Shown: positions 37,283 to 47,703 of the stretch, piece after piece
Position numbering within the stretch: the first letter of the stretch is position 1
Layout of the letters: the number at the start of each line of letters is the position of its first letter
NCBI GenBank assembly: GCA_050251875.1
Contig: JBFWMA010000002.1
Coordinates: forward strand, 160,001-224,000
Source: Deferribacterales bacterium
GTDB lineage: Bacteria; Chrysiogenota; Deferribacteres; Deferribacterales; Geovibrionaceae
DNA length: 64,000 nt
Direction of reading: 5' to 3'
Notes under the pieces: generated by a model
Told to the model about the DNA's origin: nothing
Database searches by the model: none
The model's input: only the letters and a program-made list of their open reading frames with translations
Position numbers and translations under genes: made by a program

Positions 37283-37974
37283 TAATCTTCTATATCTGCT
37301 TTCCATCCGGAGAATATTGAACTGATATCACCGGCGTGTGTTCTGAAGTCCACCAGAATAGCGGCATAAAGGTGCGCCATCAGGAAGACGAACGTGATGA
37401 ATATTCCGAAGAAGTGCAGGTATCTCACCCACTGATTAGACAGAACAGCGAAGATGCTTCCGAAGAAGGCGTACATGCCGCTGTTGGTGTCATACTGAGA
37501 CCACAGGGCGAATCCGCTGAATATCTGATAGAGGAAGATGATGTATATTCCTATATAGGCGTATTGAGCCATAGGGTTATGCGTCAGTACATGTTTTGGT
37601 TTTCTTTCCAGAAACAGATAATATTTCAGGTAGGAGAAGATGTATTGTCTGTCTTTCTTTCTGAAAGGGTTGTAGAAGGTGCGGATATTCGCGTATTTGT
37701 TACCGACTATCGCCCACCATGCCCTCACCATGATAGTGATGGTGAATATTATTCCGGTGAGATAGTGAATGTATCTTACCCTTCCCATCATATAGGGGAA
37801 ATCCACAGGGTTGTGCTTAATGAAGGGATAGTGCATGTAGAGTCCTGTCATAACCAGAACAATGATACACAGCACATTAACCCAGTGTGTGATGCGCACC
37901 GGGGCTTCCCAGACATATACAAACCCTTTTGCCGGACATTGCATATACTTGCGGTCATTTACTGCTGACGCCAT
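37282..37974 (-). CDS. cybH: Ni/Fe-hydrogenase b-type cytochrome subunit family
   Basis: VYVWEAPVRITHW, RYIH, HNPMAQ, RYLH, AHLY, ISSIFSGWK. Confidence 0.88.
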   Translation of the reverse strand: MASAVNDRKYMQCPAKGFVYVWEAPVRITHWVNVLCIIVLVMTGLYMHYPFIKHNPVDFPYMMGRVRYIHYLTGIIFTITIMVRAWWAIVGNKYANIRTFYNPFRKKDRQYIFSYLKYYLFLERKPKHVLTHNPMAQYAYIGIYIIFLYQIFSGFALWSQYDTNSGMYAFFGSIFAVLSNQWVRYLHFFGIFITFVFLMAHLYAAILVDFRTHAGDISSIFSGWKADIED

Positions 37975-38054
37975 TATGTCCTCCGTTGCTGGTTTAATAC
38001 CATAGTTTAAAACTATTTTTCGAAATAGTCTAATAAAATTAAGAAAAATATTGA

Positions 38055-38633
38055 TTAGTCGATCAGGGAATTGATCTCCGGAAGAACGTTTTCGATAAAG
38101 TATTGAACGCTTTTGAGTTCTGACTTTTCACATTTTGATCTGATCTCAAGATATTTGTTTTTGAAGGGGCTGTTGTTGCCCAGACGGTATTCCGTGAGGC
38201 ACTCCAGCATGGCGTCTATATAGTCGGCGTATTTCAGTATCCGACCTTCCAGAGTGTCGTCTTTTCCGTTGAAGAGCATCTCTCTGTAGATGTCTTTATA
38301 GGGCTCGTCCAGATTAACCAGCAGAAGCTCGTTGACAATCATCTCCTCGATATCGTTCACCGCCGCCTTCATCTTGGGCGTTTTGTTCTTCACATGGCTG
38401 AGGATATCACCGGTAAAAGCCTCCACAACATCGTGGTTCAGTGATTTTTTGAACAATATCTCCCAGTTGATGGTGTTTCCCATGCTCTCTTCTATAATAC
38501 CGAGCATCTGCGCTATCTGTGTCACCAGAAACGAATGTTCCGCCACGGAAGAGCGCACATGCATAAAATCGCTCGCCCAGCGGCTGATGTGATTCAGTTT
38601 TCTTGCGGCGTGAATATATTGTCCAAGTCCCAC
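38055..38633 (-). CDS. YfbR-like HD-domain 5'-deoxynucleotidase
   Basis: ISRW, SVAEHS, NHDVVEAFTGDI, KYAD. Confidence 0.85.
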   Translation of the reverse strand: MGLGQYIHAARKLNHISRWASDFMHVRSSVAEHSFLVTQIAQMLGIIEESMGNTINWEILFKKSLNHDVVEAFTGDILSHVKNKTPKMKAAVNDIEEMIVNELLLVNLDEPYKDIYREMLFNGKDDTLEGRILKYADYIDAMLECLTEYRLGNNSPFKNKYLEIRSKCEKSELKSVQYFIENVLPEINSLID

Positions 38634-38741
38634 TTTCCACCTCTGAAATGGTTATCGGTTGAAAAAATAATATGTTTAATGGTGATTTTTATTTTGCTCA
38701 ATGTTATATTTATTTAAATAAATACATTTGCGTGAAGAACA

Positions 38742-39998
38742 ATGAAATTTGATAATTTTCTTGTGGGGCGGCAGCCTATACTGAACAGTGACGAAGAAGT
38801 ATTCGCATATGAGTTCCTTTTCAGAAAGGCAGGCTCCATAGAAAACAAAGCAGAAATACTTGATTCCGTTGTCGCTACATCCAGAGTTCTCGTAAACATA
38901 TTTCAGAACTTCGGCATAAAAAGCCTCACCAACGACAGACTCGCTTTCATCAATATCGATGAAGATATCGTTTATAAAGACATCCTGGATGTTCTGCCCA
39001 GGGATAAAGTCGTTCTGGAGATTGTGGAATCCACGAAAGTTACCAAAACATTCATAGACAGAATAGCCTTGTACCACAAAGCCGGATATATGTTCGCTCT
39101 GGACGATTTCGTCATCAGTCCGCAGTATTTTTCCATGTTCATGCCGTTGTTTCCCTTTGTGGAATACATCAAGGTGGACATGAAAGAGAACTGCATAGAA
39201 AAAATCGGCGCTCTGCAAAAGGTCTTCAGAGGCAAGCATATGAAAATGCTCGCCGAAAAGGTGGAGACCAGAGAGGATTTTCAGTTCACCAAAGATCTGG
39301 GCTTTGACCTCTTTCAGGGATATTTCTTTGAAAAACCCACTATCATTCTGAAGAAAAACATCGAGCCGGCGCAGGCTCTCATCCTTAATCTGCTGTCGCT
39401 GCTCTGTCAGAACGCAGATATGAACAAGATAGAGGCGGAGTTTCGTGTTCAGCCCGAGCTGTCGCTGAAACTTCTGAAACTTATAAACGCATGTTCATAC
39501 TGTCTCAGAAACGAGATCAGCAGCATACGCCACGCCCTTACGCTTATCGGCATGGAAAACATGCGTAAATGGCTGACAATAATGCTTTATGCCGGAACAC
39601 CATCTCAGCCTGTGAAATCTTCTCTGCTGGAAACTGCCATGCTGAGGGCTCATACACTTGAGCTTTTATCAATAAAGATATATGGTAGCAGCTACAAGGG
39701 CAGGGCAGACGCATTTTTCATCGGCATGCTCTCCTATGTGGATGTGGTGCTGGGCATCAGCAGAAAAGAGCTGATGGACTCCATCAATGTGAAACAGGTT
39801 ATTTACGAAGCTGTTGTGAACAGAGACGGTGAGCTGGGGAAACTGCTCTCGCTCATCGAGGATACTGACGATGTTCACTCCGAGATCAATTCCGCCACTC
39901 TGAAACAGTATGGGCTGACAGAGGACGACATCTCGGACATAAAATTTCAGGGTCTGGAGTGGCTCGCCGAACAACAGAGTGTTTACAATACTTTATAA
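38742..39998 (+). CDS. EAL plus modified HDOD domain protein (YuxH-like)
   Basis: GRQPI, YEFLFR, LDDF, IKVD, AEKVE, FQGYFF, ISSIRHAL. Confidence 0.9.
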   Translation: MKFDNFLVGRQPILNSDEEVFAYEFLFRKAGSIENKAEILDSVVATSRVLVNIFQNFGIKSLTNDRLAFINIDEDIVYKDILDVLPRDKVVLEIVESTKVTKTFIDRIALYHKAGYMFALDDFVISPQYFSMFMPLFPFVEYIKVDMKENCIEKIGALQKVFRGKHMKMLAEKVETREDFQFTKDLGFDLFQGYFFEKPTIILKKNIEPAQALILNLLSLLCQNADMNKIEAEFRVQPELSLKLLKLINACSYCLRNEISSIRHALTLIGMENMRKWLTIMLYAGTPSQPVKSSLLETAMLRAHTLELLSIKIYGSSYKGRADAFFIGMLSYVDVVLGISRKELMDSINVKQVIYEAVVNRDGELGKLLSLIEDTDDVHSEINSATLKQYGLTEDDISDIKFQGLEWLAEQQSVYNTL

Positions 39999-40028
39999 AA
40001 AGATATATTTGGTCTTATAAGGCTGGAC

Positions 40029-40259
40029 ATGACAAAAAACACGAGATATAGTCAGAATACGGCAGTTATTGTGGAAGATTCCAAATGCGCTCAGTGCGTT
40101 CATTTCAGGCGTCTGCTTATTCCTGAGATGAAGCGCTGTTTCAGTCTGAAGTGCGCCGCGGCGGACAGATATCTCAAATCGCCCAGAAAAAGCTGCAGCA
40201 TGTTTCAGCCCGAAACATGGGAAAAATTCTTAGAATCAGGAGGGGATGATGAGGATTGA
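40029..40259 (+). CDS. Small Cys-rich hypothetical protein
   Basis: 76 aa, CAQC plus three further Cys; fills gap and overlaps the malic enzyme start. Confidence 0.55.
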   Translation: MTKNTRYSQNTAVIVEDSKCAQCVHFRRLLIPEMKRCFSLKCAAADRYLKSPRKSCSMFQPETWEKFLESGGDDED

Positions 40260-41589
40260 GTATTCTAATAAAGTGATCAGAAAACTTACTGTAAAAATAT
40301 CAGATAAACCCGGATTTCTCGGACGCCTGACATCTGCCATCGGCAAATGCGACGGGATGATAGGCGAGATAAAAACGGCTCACCTCGGTAAGGGGTACAA
40401 GATCAGAGAGCTGGATATCTATGCCGAGGACGAAAGTGTTCTGAACAATATCCTCGCTTCTATCAAAGAGATAGACGGAATGGAAGTGATAGCCGTCACC
40501 GATATTGTAGAGGAAACACACCTGAACGGAAAGATAGAGGTAAAACCCACTGTGGAGATAAACTCCATAGACGACCTCAGAATAGTATATACACCCGGCG
40601 TGGCTTCCATCTGCCATAAAATATATCAGAACCCGGCGCTCGCCAGAAAGTTCACCACCATAGGAAACAACGTGGCGATAGTAACCAACGGCACAGCGAT
40701 ACTCGGTCTGGGAGACATAGGCGCTGTGGCGGGTATGCCTGTTATGGAGGGTAAAGGACTTCTGTTCAAGCTCCTTTCAGACATCAACGGTATCCCGGTT
40801 CTGCTGGATACCCGTGATCCCGAAGAGATCATTAACACCGTAAAACATATAGCCCCCACTTTCGGCGCTATAAAGCTGGAAGATATCAAAGCGCCCGAGT
40901 GCTTCGAGATCGAAGACAGGCTGGACAGCATGCTCGACATCCCCGTTATGCATGACGACCAGCACGGCACAGCCGTTGTGGTTCTGTCCGCTCTGATAAA
41001 CATAGCAAAATATACCTTCATCAACCTGAAAGAATCCAGCGTGGGGATCATAGGTCTCGGCGCCGCAGGAACAGGTATTATGAAACTGCTGAAAGCGTAC
41101 GGCGTTCAGACTTTCTATGGTGTGGATCTTGACGTATCCGCCATGGACAGGTTCGAGTCGCTGGGCGGCACCAGAAAAGACCTTAACGGAGTCGTTACAA
41201 ACTCCAGAATTGTTATAGCCACCACAGGCTGTCCTAACCTTATCACACCCGATATGGTTCAGCAGGGGCAGGTTATCCTCGCTCTCTCCAACCCTAACCC
41301 GGAGATTGATCCTGACCTTGCTGTGAAGAGCGGAGCCATATTCGCCGCTGACGGAAAATCAGTGAACAACGCTCTGGCTTTCCCCGGGCTGTTTAAAGGC
41401 GCTCTCGCCGCCAACGCACGCACCATCAACGACCAGATGAAGATAGCCGCCGCCAAGGCGATAGCATCATTTGCTCTGGACGGCGACCTTGTGCCTAATA
41501 TCCTTGACAGAAACGTACACTACGCTGTGGCGAAAGAAGTCGAGACCGCGGCATACCGAACAGGAGTAGCGCAGTTTATCGAAGAATAA
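40246..41589 (+). CDS. Malic enzyme with N-terminal ACT domain
   Basis: DKPGFLG (ACT), [34 protein letters not shown]. Confidence 0.92.
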   Translation: MMRIEYSNKVIRKLTVKISDKPGFLGRLTSAIGKCDGMIGEIKTAHLGKGYKIRELDIYAEDESVLNNILASIKEIDGMEVIAVTDIVEETHLNGKIEVKPTVEINSIDDLRIVYTPGVASICHKIYQNPALARKFTTIGNNVAIVTNGTAILGLGDIGAVAGMPVMEGKGLLFKLLSDINGIPVLLDTRDPEEIINTVKHIAPTFGAIKLEDIKAPECFEIEDRLDSMLDIPVMHDDQHGTAVVVLSALINIAKYTFINLKESSVGIIGLGAAGTGIMKLLKAYGVQTFYGVDLDVSAMDRFESLGGTRKDLNGVVTNSRIVIATTGCPNLITPDMVQQGQVILALSNPNPEIDPDLAVKSGAIFAADGKSVNNALAFPGLFKGALAANARTINDQMKIAAAKAIASFALDGDLVPNILDRNVHYAVAKEVETAAYRTGVAQFIEE

Positions 41590-41662
41590 TTCCATATTTG
41601 TCTGTTAACATGACAATAGTATGGTATCTTATAGATATGCATCTTTAATTCGGAGGTAGTTT

Positions 41663-42652
41663 ATGAAGAAAATATTATTATTTGTTGTCACTGCTCTCTT
41701 TGTCGTTGCCATGACTCCTTTTGTTCAGGCCAGAACATTCGTAACAATAGGAACAGGCGGCGTAACAGGCGTTTATTATCCCACAGGCGGCGCCATCAGC
41801 CGCATGGTAAACAAAAAATCCAGTGAATACGGCATAAAGTCAACAGTTGAGTCAACAGGCGGTTCTGTTTATAACGTGAACGCTGTTCTCGCCGGCGATC
41901 TTGAGTTCGGCATATCTCAGTCCGACATCCAGTTTCAGGCTGTTAAAGGCTTAGACGCGTGGAAAGAGAAAGGACCTCAGAAAAAACTCCGCTCCATGTT
42001 CGCTCTGCACCCTGAAATCATCACTATCGTTGCTTCTGAAGGCAGCGGAATCAAAAATCTCGCCGATATGAAAGGCAAAAGAGTAAACATCGGTAACCCC
42101 GGTTCCGGTCAGTACGTTAACTCTGAAGATGTTTTCGCCTCTGTCGGTATGAAAGAATCCGATGTAAAAGCAGAAAAAGCGAAAGCTGTTGAAGCTCCCG
42201 CTCTGCTTCAGGATGAAAGAATAGACGCTTTCTTCTACACTGTCGGTCACCCCAACAGCAACATTAAAGAAGCCACATCAGGACGTATCAAAGTAAGACT
42301 CGTTCCTGTTGACGGAAAAGCGGCTGATTACCTTACATCAAAATTCCCTTACTATGTAAAAACATATATCAGCATCAAAGACTATCCCACAGCTCTTAAC
42401 AAAGAGAATGTTCCCGCTGTCGGCGTGAAGGCTACTCTCATCACATCTTCCGATGTGCCCGCGGATGTTGCATACGCAGTGGCAAAAGAAGTGTTCGAGA
42501 ATCTTGACGAGTTCAAAACTCTGCACCCCGCTTTCGCTTCTCTGACAAAAGAGAACATGCTCGAAGGTCTTTCAGCGCCCATCCATCCCGGCGCTCTGAA
42601 ATATTATAAAGAAGCAGGGCTTGATAAATATATCAAAGCTAACCTTAAGTAA
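41663..42652 (+). CDS. TAXI-family TRAP solute-binding protein
   Basis: TIGTGGVTGVYYPTG, STGGSVYN, PIHPGA. Confidence 0.93.
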   Translation: MKKILLFVVTALFVVAMTPFVQARTFVTIGTGGVTGVYYPTGGAISRMVNKKSSEYGIKSTVESTGGSVYNVNAVLAGDLEFGISQSDIQFQAVKGLDAWKEKGPQKKLRSMFALHPEIITIVASEGSGIKNLADMKGKRVNIGNPGSGQYVNSEDVFASVGMKESDVKAEKAKAVEAPALLQDERIDAFFYTVGHPNSNIKEATSGRIKVRLVPVDGKAADYLTSKFPYYVKTYISIKDYPTALNKENVPAVGVKATLITSSDVPADVAYAVAKEVFENLDEFKTLHPAFASLTKENMLEGLSAPIHPGALKYYKEAGLDKYIKANLK

Positions 42653-42668
42653 TAGCTTATAAACTGAT

Positions 42669-42703
42669 ACAGGGGACTTTTGCGAAAAGGTCCCCTGTTT
42701 TTA
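42669..42703 (+). terminator. Intra-operon hairpin / terminator after TAXI gene
   Basis: ACAGGGGACTTTT-gcg-AAAAGGTCCCCTGT followed by T run. Confidence 0.75.
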
Positions 42704-42716
42704 TTTAGGGGAAGAT

Positions 42717-44759
42717 ATGTCTAGGATACACAGATCAGCAGAAGAGATCTTACGCGAGGAAACGGGCGAGATAAGAACGCCCAGACAGTATGAAAAATAT
42801 CTGATAGGTACTATAGCGGTCTGTTGGGCGCTTTTTCAGCTTTCTCTCGCAAGTTTTCTTATTTTGGACGGAACCACAGTCAGGGCGGTTCACCTCGCCT
42901 TTGCCATGCTCATTCTTTTTCTCAGCGTACCTATGGTGAAGAGACCTCCTTCATGGATGCGTTTCATCTCCGCCACGGACAAAGTTCCTGTTATCGATTA
43001 TCTTTTTGCCATAACCGGGGCTTATGCCGCCGTGTATATCGTTCTCGATCCGGAGGCTCTGGCGTTTCGTGCGGGCGACCCGTCACGCATGGATATCATT
43101 GTGGGGCTTATGACGGTTGTTTTTCTTCTGGAAGCCACCAGACGATCCATCGGACCGGCTCTGGTGTTCATCTCTCTGGTTTTCACAGCTTACGCTTTTC
43201 TCGGTCCTTATATGCCTGATTTCATGGCGTTCAAGGGCGTTTCTCTTAATAAATATCTCAACCAGATATCACTCTCCACTGAAGGAATATACGGCATACC
43301 GCTCGGAGTGTCGGCTTCCATCGTTTACCTGTATGTTCTCTTGGGCTCTATGCTGGACAAGGCTGGAGCGGGCAAGTTTTTCATAGACATGGCTCTGTCG
43401 CTTCTGGGCAGGTTCAAGGGAGGACCGGCTAAGGCGGCGATAGTTGCCAGCGGGTTCACCGGGCTGGTGTCAGGTTCCAGTATAGCCAATATCGTTACCA
43501 CAGGTACATTCACTATCCCTCTTATGAAGAAAGTAGGCTATCCCGCCACAAAAGCGGCAGCAACAGAGGTTGCCGCCAGCACGGACGGACAGCTGATGCC
43601 TCCTGTCATGGGGGCGGCGGCTTTCATCATCGCCGAGTATGTGAACGTGCCGTATATCGAGGTAGTAAAAGCGGCGGCAATTCCCGCCTTTGTATCATAT
43701 TTCGCTCTTTTCTTTGTGGTTCACCTCGAGGCGTCCAAGCTGGGCATGAAGGGACTTGCGAAAGAGGAATGTCCTAACTTCGTGGAAACCATAAAGGGCG
43801 GCATACACTACCTGATCCCGATATTTATGCTGATATATGAACTGGTGGTTCTGCGCCATTCGCCTGAAAAAGCGGCTTTTAACGCCATTCTGCTTCTGAT
43901 AGCCATCATCGTTATCCGGGAAATCTTCTTCGTGGTTAAGAAGGGCAAGAACCCTCTGGATGCTGTTAAAAACGGTGTCGGGCTGGTGCTTCAGGGATTC
44001 ATCGGAGGATCGAGAAACATGGTCTCCGTGGCTCTCGCCACAGCTTCCGCCGGAATCATAGTCGGCGTGGTCAGCATGGGTATAGGCGGAATGATAACCC
44101 AGATTGTGGAAACACTTTCGCAGGGCAACGTTTTCCTGCTTCTGTTCATCACCGCTGTAGCCAGTCTTCTTCTGGGTATGGGGCTTCCCACCACAGCGAC
44201 ATATATCGTTATGGCATCGCTCACAGCGCCCATCATTGTGGAGCTGGGGGCTGATTACGGTCTGGTTGTGCCTCTGATGGCGGCTCACCTTTTCTGTTTT
44301 TACTTCGGTATTCTGGCGGACGACACGCCGCCTGTGGGTCTGGCATCTTACGCCGCCGCCGCTCTGGCGGATTCACCGCCCATAGCCACAGGTATTCAGG
44401 GCTTTCTGTACGATCTTCGTACCGCTGTGATACCTTTTATGTTTGTTTTCAACCCCGATCTTATTCTGGATAACATATTCAGCTGGAAGCTGGGCATCAT
44501 GATATTTGTCATGGCGTGTCTGGGGGCTTTTGCTTTCACATCAGCTATCCAGGGCTGGTTCATAGCGAAAAACAAGCTGTGGGAAGTGCCTTTTCTTCTT
44601 CTCGCCGCTTTCATACTCTATCATCCCGCCGGACTTCTGGAAATCTTCCACTATCCGCTGGATTATAAATATTACATGTATATCCCCGGCGTTCTGCTCT
44701 TCTTTGGAATATTAGGAGAACAGAAGCTAAGGATGAAATTTTCTAAAGCGGCGGTGTAA
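42717..44759 (+). CDS. TRAP transporter fused permease (4TM/12TM)
   Basis: GGPAKA, TGTFTIP, GQLMPPVMGAAAF, GMGLPTT, DTPPV. Confidence 0.93.
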   Translation: MSRIHRSAEEILREETGEIRTPRQYEKYLIGTIAVCWALFQLSLASFLILDGTTVRAVHLAFAMLILFLSVPMVKRPPSWMRFISATDKVPVIDYLFAITGAYAAVYIVLDPEALAFRAGDPSRMDIIVGLMTVVFLLEATRRSIGPALVFISLVFTAYAFLGPYMPDFMAFKGVSLNKYLNQISLSTEGIYGIPLGVSASIVYLYVLLGSMLDKAGAGKFFIDMALSLLGRFKGGPAKAAIVASGFTGLVSGSSIANIVTTGTFTIPLMKKVGYPATKAAATEVAASTDGQLMPPVMGAAAFIIAEYVNVPYIEVVKAAAIPAFVSYFALFFVVHLEASKLGMKGLAKEECPNFVETIKGGIHYLIPIFMLIYELVVLRHSPEKAAFNAILLLIAIIVIREIFFVVKKGKNPLDAVKNGVGLVLQGFIGGSRNMVSVALATASAGIIVGVVSMGIGGMITQIVETLSQGNVFLLLFITAVASLLLGMGLPTTATYIVMASLTAPIIVELGADYGLVVPLMAAHLFCFYFGILADDTPPVGLASYAAAALADSPPIATGIQGFLYDLRTAVIPFMFVFNPDLILDNIFSWKLGIMIFVMACLGAFAFTSAIQGWFIAKNKLWEVPFLLLAAFILYHPAGLLEIFHYPLDYKYYMYIPGVLLFFGILGEQKLRMKFSKAAV

Positions 44760-44761
44760 AA

Positions 44762-46051
44762 ATGTCTGACCAGCTTGATAAAAATCTGAATCTGAACGTC
44801 AGAGGATTGTCTCTTTCTGCCACACTGGCTATTAATGAACTGAGCAACTCTATGATAAAGCAGGGGAAAAAGGTTTATAAGCTGGGGCTTGGGCAGTCGC
44901 CGTTCCCTGTCCCTCAGCCTGTTGTGGACGAGCTGAAAAACAACGCCTTTCAGAAGGACTATCTGCCTGTGCGGGGACTGCCTGCTCTTCAGAGCTCCAT
45001 AGCTGATTTTTACCGCAAAACACAGGGATTGCAGTTCACCCCTTCGTCCATACTGATAGGTCCCGGGTCGAAAGAGCTGATGTTCATTCTTCAGCTCGTA
45101 TATTACGGGGATCTGCTGATTCCGTCTCCCAGCTGGGTATCATACGCCCCGCAGGCGCATATCATAGGGCGTCATGTTTCGTGGATAGACACGAAAGAGG
45201 AGAACGGATGGCTTCTGACCCCCGAAGAGCTGGATGAATACTGTTCCGCCGATTCCGGAAAACCCAGAATCCTGATATTGAACTATCCTAACAACCCCAC
45301 GGGTAACACATATAACGCCGCCGAGCTCAGGGAGCTGGCGGATGTGGCGAGAAAACACAAGATACTGCTTCTCTCTGACGAGATATACGGAGAGACAAAC
45401 CACGAGGGCGACCACGTTTCCATAGCCAGATACTATCCCGAAGGAACTATCATCAGCAGCGGGCTGTCGAAATGGTGCGGGGCAGGGGGCTGGAGGCTGG
45501 GCGTTTTCGCTTTTCCGGATAAGCTCTCATGGCTGATGGACGCTATGGCTTCTGTCGCCAGCGAAACCTATACGTCAACCAGCGCTCCCATACAATACGC
45601 CGCTGTCAGGGCGTTTCATCTGGGGCTGGATATAGAAAGATATCTGGTTAACTCCAGAAAAGTGCTGAAATCGCTGGGACTGCATCTGTACAAACTGATG
45701 ACCGATGCCGGAGTGTCTTTATGCAGACCTGTGGGCGGATTCTATATGTTCCCTAATTTTGAGAAATTCAGAGCTCAACTGGCTAACAAAGGAATCACAA
45801 CGTCTATTCAGCTCTGTGAGCGTCTTCTGGCGGAAACAGGTGTGGCTGTGCTTCCGGGTGCTTCTTTCGGGCGTGATAAGAACGAGCTGACAGCCAGACT
45901 GGCTTATGTGGATTTTGACGGAGCCCGTGCTCTGGCGGCTGTGGAATCTATGCCCAAGGACTATATGCCGGACGAAAAATTCCTGAAGACATACTGCCTG
46001 AACAATGTGGAAGCTATAGAAAAAATGACAGAGTGGCTAAAAGCTCTCTAG
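44762..46051 (+). CDS. PLP-dependent class I/II aminotransferase
   Basis: NYPNNPTG, SDEIY, SGLSKWCGAGGWRLG. Confidence 0.9.
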   Translation: MSDQLDKNLNLNVRGLSLSATLAINELSNSMIKQGKKVYKLGLGQSPFPVPQPVVDELKNNAFQKDYLPVRGLPALQSSIADFYRKTQGLQFTPSSILIGPGSKELMFILQLVYYGDLLIPSPSWVSYAPQAHIIGRHVSWIDTKEENGWLLTPEELDEYCSADSGKPRILILNYPNNPTGNTYNAAELRELADVARKHKILLLSDEIYGETNHEGDHVSIARYYPEGTIISSGLSKWCGAGGWRLGVFAFPDKLSWLMDAMASVASETYTSTSAPIQYAAVRAFHLGLDIERYLVNSRKVLKSLGLHLYKLMTDAGVSLCRPVGGFYMFPNFEKFRAQLANKGITTSIQLCERLLAETGVAVLPGASFGRDKNELTARLAYVDFDGARALAAVESMPKDYMPDEKFLKTYCLNNVEAIEKMTEWLKAL

Positions 46052-46485
46052 ACTCTGGTTATCAGAACGCTGATGGGACAGTGCCTCAGAATTTTACCCG
46101 CTGTTGTGCCGAAGGTGAATCTTTTTAAGCCGGACTGTCCGTGTGATCCTATCACCAGAAGGTCATATTCGCCTTTCTCGGTCTCATAGAGCCCCTCTAT
46201 ATAGGGAACGCCTCTGCGGATCAGGCTTGTCCAGTCCATATCTTTCAGAACGGGTATCTCGTTCTCCATATTCGCGAACTTTTCTTCTATTTCACTGTCA
46301 ATCTTAGACTTGATAGATCGGTACTGCTCATCGGTTATATACACCTGAAACTGGCTTCGGTCGTGTGCCACATGCAGAACGGTCAGAGCGCATCCGGATG
46401 CTTTCGCCATCCACGCCGCCTGTTCCACTGCTTTTTTTGAAAAATCGCTGAAGTCGGTCATAACAAGAATGTGTTTATAGCTCAT
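46048..46485 (-). CDS. Universal stress protein
   Basis: ILVMTDFS, LLVIGSHG, FGTTA, CPISVL. Confidence 0.9.
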   Translation of the reverse strand: MSYKHILVMTDFSDFSKKAVEQAAWMAKASGCALTVLHVAHDRSQFQVYITDEQYRSIKSKIDSEIEEKFANMENEIPVLKDMDWTSLIRRGVPYIEGLYETEKGEYDLLVIGSHGQSGLKRFTFGTTAGKILRHCPISVLITRV

Positions 46486-46545
46486 GATGTACCTCTGTTT
46501 AAGTATAGCCTGTATATGATGATTTTCAACATAAAGCGGAAGTTT

Positions 46546-46575
46546 TTGACTATTTATACCGTTATGGTATGATAT
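46546..46575 (+). promoter_or_regulatory. Promoter with overlapping TATACC-N5-GGTAT palindrome (candidate Rrf2 operator 2)
   Basis: TTGACT (46546), 16 nt, TATGAT (46568) preceded by TGG; TATACC-gttat-GGTAT at 46555-46570. Confidence 0.65.
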
Positions 46576-46591
46576 TTATTGAGGTGTGAGG

Positions 46592-47041
46592 ATGAACCGT
46601 TTCAAACTAATAATCAGCGTGCTCTCTTTTTTATTATCTGTCATATGCTTCAGCGTGCCAGCGCACTCAGCGGAAAAATTTGTCGTGAAATACGATAAAG
46701 CAATAGATCTGACCAAAAATACCTCCACGGTGAACGTGGACGGATACACCGTGCGGGTGGATATGTCCGAACCAGCCGAACCGTTCAGAGAGATCGTGTT
46801 CAGAGTTTTTGTGGAGAAGGACAAGAAACCTGTGGAGCTTGCCCACGGCTATATGCAGTTCAACATGTCCATGGATATGGGGCTTTATAAGACCAAGCTG
46901 TTCAAGGCGAACACCGGATACACAGCCAAAGTTACCCTGCCGAAATGTATCTTCGGCGGTAAAAGATGGTATGCCAAGCTGGTTTTCTCCGCTGACGGCG
47001 GCGAGTTCAGCAAAGTATTTCTGTTTGATATGAAGGAATAG
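46592..47041 (+). CDS. Exported YtkA/FixH-like protein with Met motif
   Basis: Signal peptide; FNMSMDMG and LPKC; beta-rich sequence. Confidence 0.6.
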   Translation: MNRFKLIISVLSFLLSVICFSVPAHSAEKFVVKYDKAIDLTKNTSTVNVDGYTVRVDMSEPAEPFREIVFRVFVEKDKKPVELAHGYMQFNMSMDMGLYKTKLFKANTGYTAKVTLPKCIFGGKRWYAKLVFSADGGEFSKVFLFDMKE

Positions 47042-47043
47042 AC

Positions 47044-47703
47044 TTGGAAGAGCTGACATATCTCGGATTTCTTTCTATGGGTTTTTCTGTGGGGTTCGGT
47101 CACTGTCTGGGCATGTGCCATCCGTTCGTTCTTTATATTTCCGGTCGTTTTGTAGGTGACAAAAAGGGCTACCGCCCGCTCTTTCTTCCGCATATTATGT
47201 ATAATCTCGGGCGGATAACCACTTACGCTCTTCTGGGGCTCATTGCCGGGTTTGCCGGGAACATGGTTCAGACCGTGGGAAGCCTGATGGGAATACAGAA
47301 GGCGGCGGCTGTCTTCGCCGGACTTTTTCTGATAATTTACGGTCTTTTCGCTTTCGCCGGATACAACTTCATGAACAAGCTGGAGAGTAAATTCGGCAGG
47401 CTGAATATAGCCGACAAGATAAAAAGATTACAGCCGAAAACTCCTTATATCACAGGGGTTGTGCTCGGCTTTCTTCCCTGCGGTCCGCTCTATGGGATGA
47501 TAATCGCTTCCGCTTCCACGGCGGACGCATTGCGTGGGATGGTCTCTATGGTGCTTTTCGGCACCGGGACTATGGCGGCGCTTCTTTTGGCTTCTGTTTT
47601 CGGCAATTTTCTCATGGCAAAACGTGGGCTGTTCAACATGCTTTCGCTGATAATCATGACGGCTATGGGTATCTTCTTCATCTGGTCCGGACTCAGGATG
47701 TAA
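47044..47703 (+). CDS. DsbD_2 / TauE-SafE-like membrane protein (cbb3-associated type)
   Basis: GHCLGMC, YNLGRITTY, GFLPCGPLY, FGTGT. Confidence 0.88.
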   Translation: MEELTYLGFLSMGFSVGFGHCLGMCHPFVLYISGRFVGDKKGYRPLFLPHIMYNLGRITTYALLGLIAGFAGNMVQTVGSLMGIQKAAAVFAGLFLIIYGLFAFAGYNFMNKLESKFGRLNIADKIKRLQPKTPYITGVVLGFLPCGPLYGMIIASASTADALRGMVSMVLFGTGTMAALLLASVFGNFLMAKRGLFNMLSLIIMTAMGIFFIWSGLRM

